From Burkholderiales bacterium (GTDB lineage: Bacteria; Pseudomonadota; Gammaproteobacteria; Burkholderiales; SG8-39): DNA of 64,000 nt. Location of the stretch: the NCBI GenBank assembly GCA_035624675.1, contig DASPRB010000105.1, forward strand, positions 24,248 through 88,247, given 5' to 3'. Both the position numbers and the translations under genes were made by a program. The notes under the pieces were generated by a model. That model ran no database searches. It was not told where the DNA came from and saw only the letters and a program-made list of their open reading frames with translations. Of the stretch, positions 8,747 through 19,745 are shown piece after piece (the stretch's first letter is position 1; each line of letters starts with the position of its first letter).

Positions 8747-10204
8747 ATGCAGCGGCTCGCCGTGGTCATCAACCTGCTGGGCGTGATGGTGGTAATGCTC
8801 GCCCTGACGATGCTGTTGCCGCTCGGCGTCTCGCTCTATCTTGCAGACGGTGCAGAGTCGGCCTACGACGCCGCAATTGTCGTGACCCTGGTTGCTGGCG
8901 GCGTTGCCTGGTTGGCGACGCGCGCGGCAAAACGCGAATTGCAGGCGCGCGATGGTTTTCTGCTGGTCACCCTCGCGTGGACGGTCCTTCCCGGGTTCGC
9001 CACGCTGCCGCTGCTTTCCTATCTTCCACGGCTTTCGTTCACCGACGCGTATTTCGAGGCGATGGCGGGCCTCACCACGACCGGTGCCACGGCGCTGGTC
9101 GGGCTCGACCAGCTGCCCCCGTCGATCAATCTGTGGCGCTGCCTCCTGCAGTGGCTTGGCGGACTGGGCATTCTGGTGCTGGTGGTGGGGATCCTGCCTC
9201 TGCTCGGCGTCGGCGGACGCCAGGCGCTGCGGGCGGAAACGCCAGGACCCATGAAGGACACCAAGCTCACGCCGCGCATTACAGAGACAGCCAAGGGGCT
9301 GTGGTTCGTCTATGGCGTATTTACAGTCGCCTGCGTACTGGCGCTGCGCTGGGCCGGGATGTCATGGCTGGACGCCGTCATGCACGCCTTTACTACGATC
9401 AGTACCGGGGGCTTTTCGTCCTACGACGCGAGCTTCAGTCACTGGAATTCGCCCGCCATCGAAGCGGTGACGATCGTGTTCATGATGATCGCGGGCATTA
9501 ATTTCGCGACACACTTCCAGGTCTTGAGAAAGCGCAGCACGGCCCCGTATTTTCTGGACGCCGAGGCACGTGTCTTTATAGCGGTGATCGTCGTGAGCAT
9601 CTTCGGCGTTGCATTGTTCCTGTACGCGAAGGGGGTGTACGCGGACTTCGCCACGGCGCTGCGCTTCACCGCGTTCAATCTGGTGTCGGTGGCCACGTCG
9701 ACGGGCTACTCGAACACCAACTTCGGCGCGTGGCCGCTGTTCGCGCCACTATGGATGCTCTTTCTGGCGTCCTTCGCCAGCTGCTCGGGTTCGACGGGCG
9801 GCGGCATCAAGATGCTGCGTGCGATCCTGATGTTCAAGCAGGCGTTCCGCGAGCTCGCGCGCATCGTGCATCCCAGAGGCTACATCCCCATCAAGCTCGC
9901 CGGGCAGGTGATCGAAAACAACATCATCTTCGCCGTGCTCGCGTTCATGCTCGTGTACGGTAGCGCGATCATCGCGATCACGATGCTGCTCGCGGCGACG
10001 GGGCTCGACTTGGCGACTGCATTTTCGGCGGTAGTGGCATGCATCAACAACCTGGGGCCGGGCCTGGGTCAGGTCGGGCCGAGCGCGAGCTACGCCGGCC
10101 TGAGCGATTTCCAGGCCTGGCTTCTCGTCTGTGCCATGCTGCTCGGGCGACTTGAGCTGCTCACCGTGTTGGTGCTCTTCACGCCTGCGTTCTGGCGCAA
10201 GTGA
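8747..10204 (+). CDS. trkH: Trk potassium uptake system membrane protein TrkH
   Basis: 485 aa polytopic membrane protein. It shows TrkH-type pore-loop signatures (GLTTTGAT, ISTGGFS, STGYSN, GSTGGGIKM). Confidence 0.95.
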   Translation: MQRLAVVINLLGVMVVMLALTMLLPLGVSLYLADGAESAYDAAIVVTLVAGGVAWLATRAAKRELQARDGFLLVTLAWTVLPGFATLPLLSYLPRLSFTDAYFEAMAGLTTTGATALVGLDQLPPSINLWRCLLQWLGGLGILVLVVGILPLLGVGGRQALRAETPGPMKDTKLTPRITETAKGLWFVYGVFTVACVLALRWAGMSWLDAVMHAFTTISTGGFSSYDASFSHWNSPAIEAVTIVFMMIAGINFATHFQVLRKRSTAPYFLDAEARVFIAVIVVSIFGVALFLYAKGVYADFATALRFTAFNLVSVATSTGYSNTNFGAWPLFAPLWMLFLASFASCSGSTGGGIKMLRAILMFKQAFRELARIVHPRGYIPIKLAGQVIENNIIFAVLAFMLVYGSAIIAITMLLAATGLDLATAFSAVVACINNLGPGLGQVGPSASYAGLSDFQAWLLVCAMLLGRLELLTVLVLFTPAFWRK

Positions 10205-10536
10205 CCCGCGCCGTCGTGCACGTGGTGAGCGGTGCTGAACGGGCCGAGCGGCGCGCGTGGATCACCCGCTCTCTGGCGGCGCGGCCCGGATGGGTGGCTT
10301 TCACCCCGCGTGCCTGCCCCTGCTGCCTCGGCCGCGTCGAGGCGCAAGTCCTGCTCGCTCGGCTGCTGCGCGAGCGGCGCCCGGCGCGGGTGCTGCTTGA
10401 GCTCGGCGATGCGCAGCACCTGGCGCCGCTGCAGCGAGTACTCGACGAATGGCCACTCGCGCAATATGTCGAATGGGGTCGCGTGATCCGGTTGCCGGAC
10501 GACGAGCTGCTTTCGCTCGAATCGCTAGGCGCGTAA
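10201..10536 (+). CDS. hypothetical CxCC protein with possible remote resemblance to a P-loop-less COG0523/CobW N-domain
   Basis: 111 aa. The GTG start overlaps the trkH stop (GTGA). Third codon positions are predominantly G/C, as in the neighbouring genes. The sequence VVHVVSG..[no GxxGxGKT]..ACPCCLGRVEAQVLLARLL..RPARVLLELGDAQHLAPLQRVL parallels the COG0523 layout (P-loop, then GCICC, then IVIETTGLADP). Its 3' end overlaps the convergent DUF423 gene by 12 nt. Confidence 0.5.
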   Translation: MTRAVVHVVSGAERAERRAWITRSLAARPGWVAFTPRACPCCLGRVEAQVLLARLLRERRPARVLLELGDAQHLAPLQRVLDEWPLAQYVEWGRVIRLPDDELLSLESLGA

Positions 10537-10905
10537 CAGCGCGAGCGCCAGGGCCAGCCAGCCAAAGATGAATGCACCGCCCCCGACCGGGGTCACAGCT
10601 CCGAGCCAGCGCGTCCCGGTCATCACGAGCAGGTAGAGGCTTCCCGAAAAGAGCAGGATGCCCAGCGCGAGCAGCCATCCGGAGGTCCTCAGCCAGCCGT
10701 TAGCGGGAAGCACGTTGCACAGCAGTCCGACCCCGACCAGGCCGAGCGCGTGCCACATGTGGTACTGCACCGCGGTCTGGTAGACCGCGAGCACCTCGGG
10801 CGCGAGCCTGGCTCTAAGCGCATGCGCCCCATATGCGCCCAGCGCAACGCCTAGCGCAGCGAGCAGCGCGCCCAGCACGATGAACAACTTGCCGGCGCCG
10901 GACAC
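10525..10905 (-). CDS. DUF423 (YgdD/TMEM256-like) membrane protein
   Basis: 126 aa with four hydrophobic segments. The family signature GALLAALGVALGAYGAHAL...YHMWHALGL is present. The start is GTG. Confidence 0.85.
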   Translation of the reverse strand: MSGAGKLFIVLGALLAALGVALGAYGAHALRARLAPEVLAVYQTAVQYHMWHALGLVGVGLLCNVLPANGWLRTSGWLLALGILLFSGSLYLLVMTGTRWLGAVTPVGGGAFIFGWLALALALLRA

Positions 10906-10922
10906 GTCGGCGGAGGACGCCG

Positions 10923-11018
10923 TTAGGAGGATTTCTTCTTGGCGCGATGCGGACGCCTCTTGCCGTAGCTTCCCTTGTAGATCTTTCCGCGCCGTGTGCG
11001 CTTGTCGCCCTTGCCCAT
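10923..11018 (-). CDS. 30S ribosomal protein THX (31 aa)
   Basis: Internal ATG at 11018 of track ORF 10923..11168. The peptide MGKGDKRTRRGKIYKGSYGKRRPHRAKKKSS closely resembles Thermus THX ([20 protein letters not shown]...). A GGAG lies about 9 nt upstream, and a TATAAT (minus strand, 11058-11063) lies just after the metH stop. Confidence 0.8.
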   Translation of the reverse strand: MGKGDKRTRRGKIYKGSYGKRRPHRAKKKSS

Positions 11019-11064
11019 ATGGTCCCGCTCCACCTGTGTATGTGATCCGAGCGCGCGATTATAG

Positions 11065-14793
<3,729 letters not shown>

Positions 14794-14803
14794 GTCGATT
14801 CGT

Positions 14804-14841
14804 AAAACAAAAAGCCCGTTCAGCTTTCGCTTGAAACGGGC
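14804..14841 (-). terminator. intrinsic terminator / attenuator hairpin inside the metH 5' leader
   Basis: The minus-strand RNA reads GCCCGUUUCAAGC-GAAA-GCUGAACGGGC, about 11 bp with two bulges, followed by UUUUUGUUUU. The element ends about 10 nt before the metH ATG at 14793. There is no upstream minus-strand gene it could terminate, because the next gene is divergent. Confidence 0.65.
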
Positions 14842-14869
14842 CCTCTTGCCTGATGCGGCACGCGTCTCT

Positions 14870-14926
14870 TTAGCGGCACTTCTTTTTCACCGCCCGGCGG
14901 CGGGTCGGCGCCCGCAAGCTGAACAT
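14870..14926 (-). promoter_or_regulatory. candidate 18-codon leader ORF ([18 protein letters not shown]) in the metH leader
   Basis: AUG at 14926 and UAA at 14870-14872. Codons 2-4 (UUC AGC UUG) are the 9-nt segment complementary to the terminator 3' arm. I see no clear Shine-Dalgarno sequence, so translation is unproven. Confidence 0.3.
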
Positions 14927-15022
14927 CAAATCGGCGCAGGACGCAGTCTGCCGCCCTACCCCTTTCGTGTCAACCACTTGGCGAGCGCGCGTATAATCCG
15001 GAACCTTCGCGGAGCCACCCCG

Positions 15023-15418
15023 ATGCAGCATCTCCAGCCCAAGGAAGCCTACGCCTTCCTGCAGCAGAACCCGAGCGCGCTGTTCATCGATTGCCGCAGC
15101 GAAATGGAATACCTGTTCGTAGGGCATCCGGTCGGCGCACTGCACGTTGCCTGGAACGACGGGCCGGACTGGGACGTCAACCCGCACTTCGTCGGGCAGG
15201 TGAAGAAGCTGGCCGGCACCAACCATGCCGTGCGGCCGATCGTCCTCATCTGCCGCAGCGGCAATCGCTCGCAAGAAGCCGGGGGAGCGCTGGAGGGCGC
15301 GGGCTTCGCCCGCGTATACAACGTGGTGAACGGATTCGAGGGTGAGATGAACGAGCGCCACCAGCGAAACACGATCGCCGGGTGGCGCTTCGATGGGCTT
15401 CCCTGGGAGCAGTGCTGA
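15023..15418 (+). CDS. rhodanese-like domain protein
   Basis: 131 aa from the internal ATG of track ORF 14543..15418. It is a single rhodanese fold with active-site loop CRSGNRS (LICRSGNRSQEAG). A TATAAT lies at 14992-14997 upstream. Confidence 0.85.
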   Translation: MQHLQPKEAYAFLQQNPSALFIDCRSEMEYLFVGHPVGALHVAWNDGPDWDVNPHFVGQVKKLAGTNHAVRPIVLICRSGNRSQEAGGALEGAGFARVYNVVNGFEGEMNERHQRNTIAGWRFDGLPWEQC

Positions 15419-15421
15419 GAG

Positions 15422-15871
15422 ATGGACGCAATGGCCGACGGCGATTTCAACTCGATCACCGGCAGGTTTGCCTGCGAGGTGCACTGGGGCGACTGCGACC
15501 CCGCGGGCATCATCTTCTATCCGACGTATTTCCGCTGGTTCGACGCGGCGACGTGGAACTTTTTCGCTCAGGTGGGCTACGACGTGAAGCGCATGCGCGA
15601 CGAGCACCTGGCAATGCCGCTGGTGGCCGCGAACTGCGAATTCAGGGCTTCGCCGGTGCATGGCGACCGGTGCGAAGTACGGTCGCGCGTGCTGCGCTGG
15701 GGCGGCAAGTCGTTCGTGCTGTCGCATCGCGTCCTGCGGGATGACGGCACGCTGCTCGCCGAGGGATCGGAGACGCGAGTATGGGCGCGCCGCGCGAGCG
15801 GCCCGGGCGGCGCCCTCAAGGGCGAGTCGATCAGCGAGGAGCTGAAAATGCTGTTTCGTGCGACCGTCTAA
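15422..15871 (+). CDS. 4HBT/YbgC-type acyl-CoA thioesterase
   Basis: 149 aa with hotdog-fold signatures (VHWGDCDPAGIIFYPTYFRWFD...MPLVAANCEFRASP). It starts 3 nt after the rhodanese stop. Confidence 0.8.
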   Translation: MDAMADGDFNSITGRFACEVHWGDCDPAGIIFYPTYFRWFDAATWNFFAQVGYDVKRMRDEHLAMPLVAANCEFRASPVHGDRCEVRSRVLRWGGKSFVLSHRVLRDDGTLLAEGSETRVWARRASGPGGALKGESISEELKMLFRATV

Positions 15872-15880
15872 GGGACGGCC

Positions 15881-16693
15881 GTGGTCGACCCGAAGACGCA
15901 CGATCCGCGCGCCGCGCAGGCCGCGCTCGAGAGCGCCTGCGTCGAAGCGCTGGTCGAGGCTCAGCTGCTCGCGCTGGCCGTCGTGCGTGACGGCATCATC
16001 GTGCATGCGAGCCCGGGCTTTGAGCGCTTGTTCGGCTTCGTGGCGGGCGCTCTTGCGCGGCCGCTCGCCGAGCTGTTCGACGAGCGCGATCGAGAGCGGG
16101 TGTCGCAGGGCGCCCGCGGGGCTGGCGCGGACGTGGTAGCCGCCCGCGGTCTGCGCAGCGACGGATCGCGTTTCGACGTCGAGCTTTCGGCTACGCGCGT
16201 GCGGCTTCCTGACGGGCCGGCGAGCGTCGTGGCGGTGTTCGACATTACGGGGCACGGCCCGCGGCGCGGCACCCCACCTGGCGCGCAGGGCGCGCCGCGC
16301 GAGCCCGCGCGCTGGAGCACGCGTTACGAAGTCGGGATCGAGGTGATCGACGGCCAGCACCGCCACCTGCTGGACCTCATCAATCGCCTGCAGGACGCGC
16401 TGGGGCGGGGCGCGGACCTCGAGGAGTTGGTCGCCTCGCTCAGGGAGTTGGTGCGCTATACCGAGCATCATTTCGCGACTGAAGAGCGCTTGATGGATGA
16501 AGTCGGGGCGAGCGCAGAGCGCCACCGCGGCGAGCACCAGCACCTCCTCGAGGGGCTGATGCGCTTCACGACCAGGCTTGACGCGACAAGTGTGAGTGAC
16601 AGCTCACATTTTCTTCAGGACTGGCTTTTCAGGCATATCGACGAAGTTGATCGTCCGTTTGGGGCACTCTTACGCTCGCGCGGCCAGCGCTGA
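15881..16693 (+). CDS. PAS domain - bacteriohemerythrin fusion protein
   Basis: 270 aa with a GTG start. The N-terminal region is PAS-like (AVVRDGIIVHASPGFERLFGF...RSDGSRFDVELSATRV). The C-terminal hemerythrin domain has the full ligand pattern: IDGQHRHL, EHHFATEE, HRGEHQHL, FRHIDEVD. Confidence 0.85.
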   Translation: MVDPKTHDPRAAQAALESACVEALVEAQLLALAVVRDGIIVHASPGFERLFGFVAGALARPLAELFDERDRERVSQGARGAGADVVAARGLRSDGSRFDVELSATRVRLPDGPASVVAVFDITGHGPRRGTPPGAQGAPREPARWSTRYEVGIEVIDGQHRHLLDLINRLQDALGRGADLEELVASLRELVRYTEHHFATEERLMDEVGASAERHRGEHQHLLEGLMRFTTRLDATSVSDSSHFLQDWLFRHIDEVDRPFGALLRSRGQR

Positions 16694-16733
16694 GCGCGCC
16701 GTCCCACCATTCGTTGCCGTTGACGCCATTAAA

Positions 16734-16751
16734 TGAATGAGCAATCATTCA
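16734..16751. promoter_or_regulatory. candidate TetR-family operator (perfect 7-bp inverted repeat) overlapping a candidate promoter
   Basis: The site is TGAATGA-GCAA-TCATTCA, 24 nt upstream of the SDR ATG (16775). A TTGACG at 16720-16725 lies 17 nt from AATCAT (16743-16748) inside the palindrome. The operon ends with a TetR gene. The motif occurs only once in the window. Confidence 0.5.
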
Positions 16752-16774
16752 ACATTCTTTGAGGAGGCGCGACC

Positions 16775-17521
16775 ATGCGATTGGATGGCAAGACGGCAGT
16801 CGTCACCGGCGCGGCATCGGGCATTGGGCGCGCGACGGCCGAAACGCTCGCTGCGGCGGGCGCGCAGGTGCTGCTGGGCGATGTCGCCGAGGCGAAGGGC
16901 GAGGAGGCGGCACAGGCGATTCGCGCGGGCGGCGGTGCCGCCGACTTTCTCCGCCTGGACGTCACCGACCTCGCTTCGATCGAGGCGTTTCGAGTGACCG
17001 CGGTGGCGCGCCGCGGGCACGTCGACATCGTGGTCAACGTCGCCGGGTGGGGCAGGGTCGAGCCGTTCGTGAAGAACACACCCGACTTCTGGCGCAAAGT
17101 GATCGATCTCAACCTGTTCGGCCCGATCGCCGTGACGCGCGCCTTCCTCGACCCGATGATCGAGCGTAAGACGGGGAAGGTCGTCACCGTCTCGAGCGAC
17201 GCCGGGCGCGTCGGCAGCCTCGGTGAAAGCGTATACGCTGGCGCAAAGGGAGGCGCGATCGCGTTTACCAAGTCCCTGGCACGTGAGATGGCGCGCTTCA
17301 ACGTGAACGTGAACTGCGTGTGCCCCGGTCCAACGGACACGCCGCTGCTTGCGGCGGTGCCGGAGAGGCACCGCGAAGCCTTTGTCCGCGTTACTCCGAT
17401 GCAACGGCTCGCCAAACCTTCCGAGATCGCCGATGCAGTACTGTTTTTTGCCAGTGCGCGCTCCGACTTCATCACGGGCCAGGTGCTCTCGGTTAGCGGC
17501 GGATTGACGATGGTCGGCTGA
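16775..17521 (+). CDS. SDR family oxidoreductase, BadH-like (2-hydroxycyclohexanecarboxyl-CoA dehydrogenase-type)
   Basis: 248 aa. Motifs include [15 protein letters not shown], the catalytic S...YAGAKGG, and the C-terminus [14 protein letters not shown]. The BadH-like subfamily call rests on my recollection of the R. palustris BadH sequence and is tentative. A GAGGAGG RBS is present. Confidence 0.85.
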   Translation: MRLDGKTAVVTGAASGIGRATAETLAAAGAQVLLGDVAEAKGEEAAQAIRAGGGAADFLRLDVTDLASIEAFRVTAVARRGHVDIVVNVAGWGRVEPFVKNTPDFWRKVIDLNLFGPIAVTRAFLDPMIERKTGKVVTVSSDAGRVGSLGESVYAGAKGGAIAFTKSLAREMARFNVNVNCVCPGPTDTPLLAAVPERHREAFVRVTPMQRLAKPSEIADAVLFFASARSDFITGQVLSVSGGLTMVG

Positions 17522-17549
17522 GAATTTCCCAAGGACAGGAAGGAAAGAC

Positions 17550-18368
17550 ATGTACAAACTGAAAGCCGCCGAATGGCGGCCGCAGCACTTCAAGTGGCAA
17601 GTCCAGGACCGCGTGGGCACGATCACGCTGAATCGGCCCGAGCGCAAGAATCCGCTTACCTTCGAAAGCTATGCGGAATTGCGCGACACGTTTCACAAGC
17701 TGCAGTACGCCGACGACGTGCGCGCCGTCGTGTTCACCGGCGAGGGCGGAAATTTCTGCTCGGGTGGCGACGTGCACGACATCATCGGGCCGCTCGTCAA
17801 GATGGACATGACCGGCCTGATGAGCTTCACGCGCATGACCGGCAACTTGGTGAAGGAAATGCGCACCTGCCCGCAGCCGATCATCGCCGCGGTCGACGGT
17901 GTGTGCGCCGGAGCCGGCGCCATCATCACCATGGCGAGCGACCTGCGCTATGGCACGCCCGAGTGCAAGACCGCGTTCCTGTTCGTGCGCGTCGGCCTCG
18001 CCGGATGCGACATGGGAGCCTGCGCCATTCTGCCGCGCATCATCGGCCAAGGCCGAGCCTCGGAGCTGCTCTACACAGGCCGCAGCATGAGCGCCGAGGA
18101 AGGCCTAGCCTGGGGCTACTACAACGAGATCGTCCCGAAGGATAGGCTGCTCTCGCGCGCCCAAGAAATGGCGCATTCGCTCGCCGGCGGACCGGCATTC
18201 GCGCATTCCATGACCAAAAAGTGCCTGCATCAGGAATGGAGCCTTTCGATCGAGCAGGCGCTCGAAACCGAGGCCGAGGCACAGGCGATCTGCATGCAGA
18301 CCGGCGATTTCGAGCGCGCCTACAATGCGTTCGTCAACAAGCAAAAGCCGCAGTTCGAGGGCAACTGA
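17550..18368 (+). CDS. enoyl-CoA hydratase/isomerase (crotonase) family protein
   Basis: 272 aa with crotonase-fold signatures ([40 protein letters not shown]). Confidence 0.88.
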   Translation: MYKLKAAEWRPQHFKWQVQDRVGTITLNRPERKNPLTFESYAELRDTFHKLQYADDVRAVVFTGEGGNFCSGGDVHDIIGPLVKMDMTGLMSFTRMTGNLVKEMRTCPQPIIAAVDGVCAGAGAIITMASDLRYGTPECKTAFLFVRVGLAGCDMGACAILPRIIGQGRASELLYTGRSMSAEEGLAWGYYNEIVPKDRLLSRAQEMAHSLAGGPAFAHSMTKKCLHQEWSLSIEQALETEAEAQAICMQTGDFERAYNAFVNKQKPQFEGN

Positions 18369-19084
18369 TGCCGATCGGCGGCGGCGCCAAACGAGGTCGG
18401 CCCGCCGCTTCACGCCCGCGCGCCGCGCCCTCGCAGCCGCCGGGCTTCGTCGAAAGTCAGGTTGCCGACCCCCGTCTGGTGGAGGAGCGCCGTCGCCAGA
18501 TCGTCGGCGCGGCGGTGAAGCTCTTTTCCGCGCACGGGTACTACACGACCACGATCCAGCAGATCGCGCGCGAAGCCGGGATCAGTACGGGCCTCGTCTA
18601 CCAATACTTCCGCGACAAGGACGATCTACTGCTGCTCGCTTTGATGCAAGTGCTCGAGAGCTATGAAAAGGAGATCCCGCGCGCTCTGGAGGACGTAGGG
18701 AACCCGGTGGCGCGCTTGTGCCACGCGCTCGCCACCTACTGCTCCGTGGTCGACCGCATGCCAGACGCGACGGTCCTGACTTACCGGTCGAGCAAATCGC
18801 TACGTGCCGAGCGCCGCGTTCTGCTGATGGAGGGAGAGGCACGTACCAACCGCCTGCTGGAGGCGTGCATCCGCGAATGCATCGAGACCGGCCACATGAG
18901 GCCGGCAAACGAGCACCTGCTCGCCTATTCCCATGTCATGTTCTGCCATGCCTGGGCGCTGAAGCACTGGGCACTCGCCAAGCGGTATACGCTGAAGCGC
19001 TATGTTGCCGAGGGCCTCGCACTCCTGGTCGAGCCGTTCCTGACCGACAAAGGGCGCGAGGTGTTCCTGGCACTGCAGAGGTAA
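18368..19084 (+). CDS. TetR/AcrR family transcriptional regulator
   Basis: Internal ATG at 18368, overlapping the hydratase TGA by 1 nt. The HTH region is RRRQIVGAAVKLFSAHGYYTTTIQQIAREAGISTGLVYQYFRDKDDLL. The track ORF start at 18221 lies in the hydratase gene and is spurious. Confidence 0.85.
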   Translation: MPIGGGAKRGRPAASRPRAAPSQPPGFVESQVADPRLVEERRRQIVGAAVKLFSAHGYYTTTIQQIAREAGISTGLVYQYFRDKDDLLLLALMQVLESYEKEIPRALEDVGNPVARLCHALATYCSVVDRMPDATVLTYRSSKSLRAERRVLLMEGEARTNRLLEACIRECIETGHMRPANEHLLAYSHVMFCHAWALKHWALAKRYTLKRYVAEGLALLVEPFLTDKGREVFLALQR

Positions 19085-19109
19085 AGCCGAGCAGGCGCGC
19101 GCGACCCGC

Positions 19110-19745
19110 CTACTCCGCGTCCGGTTGTCTCGATGGCTGTGCGCGCTGGAATGCTTCCAGCTGCATGCACTGCTCGAAAATGCGCATCACGCGGGGCGCA
19201 TGCGACAGGTCGCAGCTGAAGCGCTTGGCATTGAATACCTGCGGCACCAAGCAGCAATCGGCCATGCCGGGCACGTCGCCATGGCAATACTTTCCGCTCC
19301 CGCCGCGCTCGAGGTCCGCCTCGAGCTTCGCCATGCCGTCATGGATCCAGTAGCCGTACCAGCGGCTCTTGTCATCCTCGCTGCGCCCCAGCTCGTTTAC
19401 CAGGTAATTCAATGTGCGCTGGTTGTTCAGCGGATGGATCTCGCAGGCGACGAGGAGCGCGAGCGAGCGTACCCTGGCGCGGCCGAGCGGGTCCCTGGGT
19501 AGCAGCGGCGCGCTGGGATGCGTTTCCTCGAGGTACTCGATGATGGCGAGCGATTGCGTAAGCAAGTGCCCGTCGTCGATGAGTGCGGGCACCAGTCCCT
19601 GCGGATTCACGGAGAGGTATTCGGGCCTGCGCTGCTCGCCTCTGGCGAGGTGCACGAACTGCGGTTCGTATTGCAGTCCTTTGAGGTTCAGCGCAATGCG
19701 CACGCGAAACGCAGCGGAGCTGCGATAGTAGGTGTACAGCCTCAT
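19110..19745 (-). CDS. maiA: GST-zeta maleylacetoacetate/maleylpyruvate isomerase
   Basis: 211 aa, the C-terminal part of track ORF 19110..20579. The sequence MRLYTYYRSSAAFRVRIALNLKGL...VNPQGLVPALIDDG...SLAIIEYLEE is typical of the zeta class. Confidence 0.88.
   Translation of the reverse strand: MRLYTYYRSSAAFRVRIALNLKGLQYEPQFVHLARGEQRRPEYLSVNPQGLVPALIDDGHLLTQSLAIIEYLEETHPSAPLLPRDPLGRARVRSLALLVACEIHPLNNQRTLNYLVNELGRSEDDKSRWYGYWIHDGMAKLEADLERGGSGKYCHGDVPGMADCCLVPQVFNAKRFSCDLSHAPRVMRIFEQCMQLEAFQRAQPSRQPDAE

Noticed and set aside
14794-14975. Known riboswitch classes (cobalamin, SAH, SAM-II) for the metH leader
   Set aside because: I could not find the B12 box or the GCCACUG core, and the leader is too short for a cobalamin element. 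It has no GAGGAGCGCUGC / CAGGCUCGG / AACGGCGCUC (SAH). A CGAUUU...GCUUG resemblance to SAM-II is not matched by a correctly spaced AAAGCU. Only a covariance-model search can settle this.
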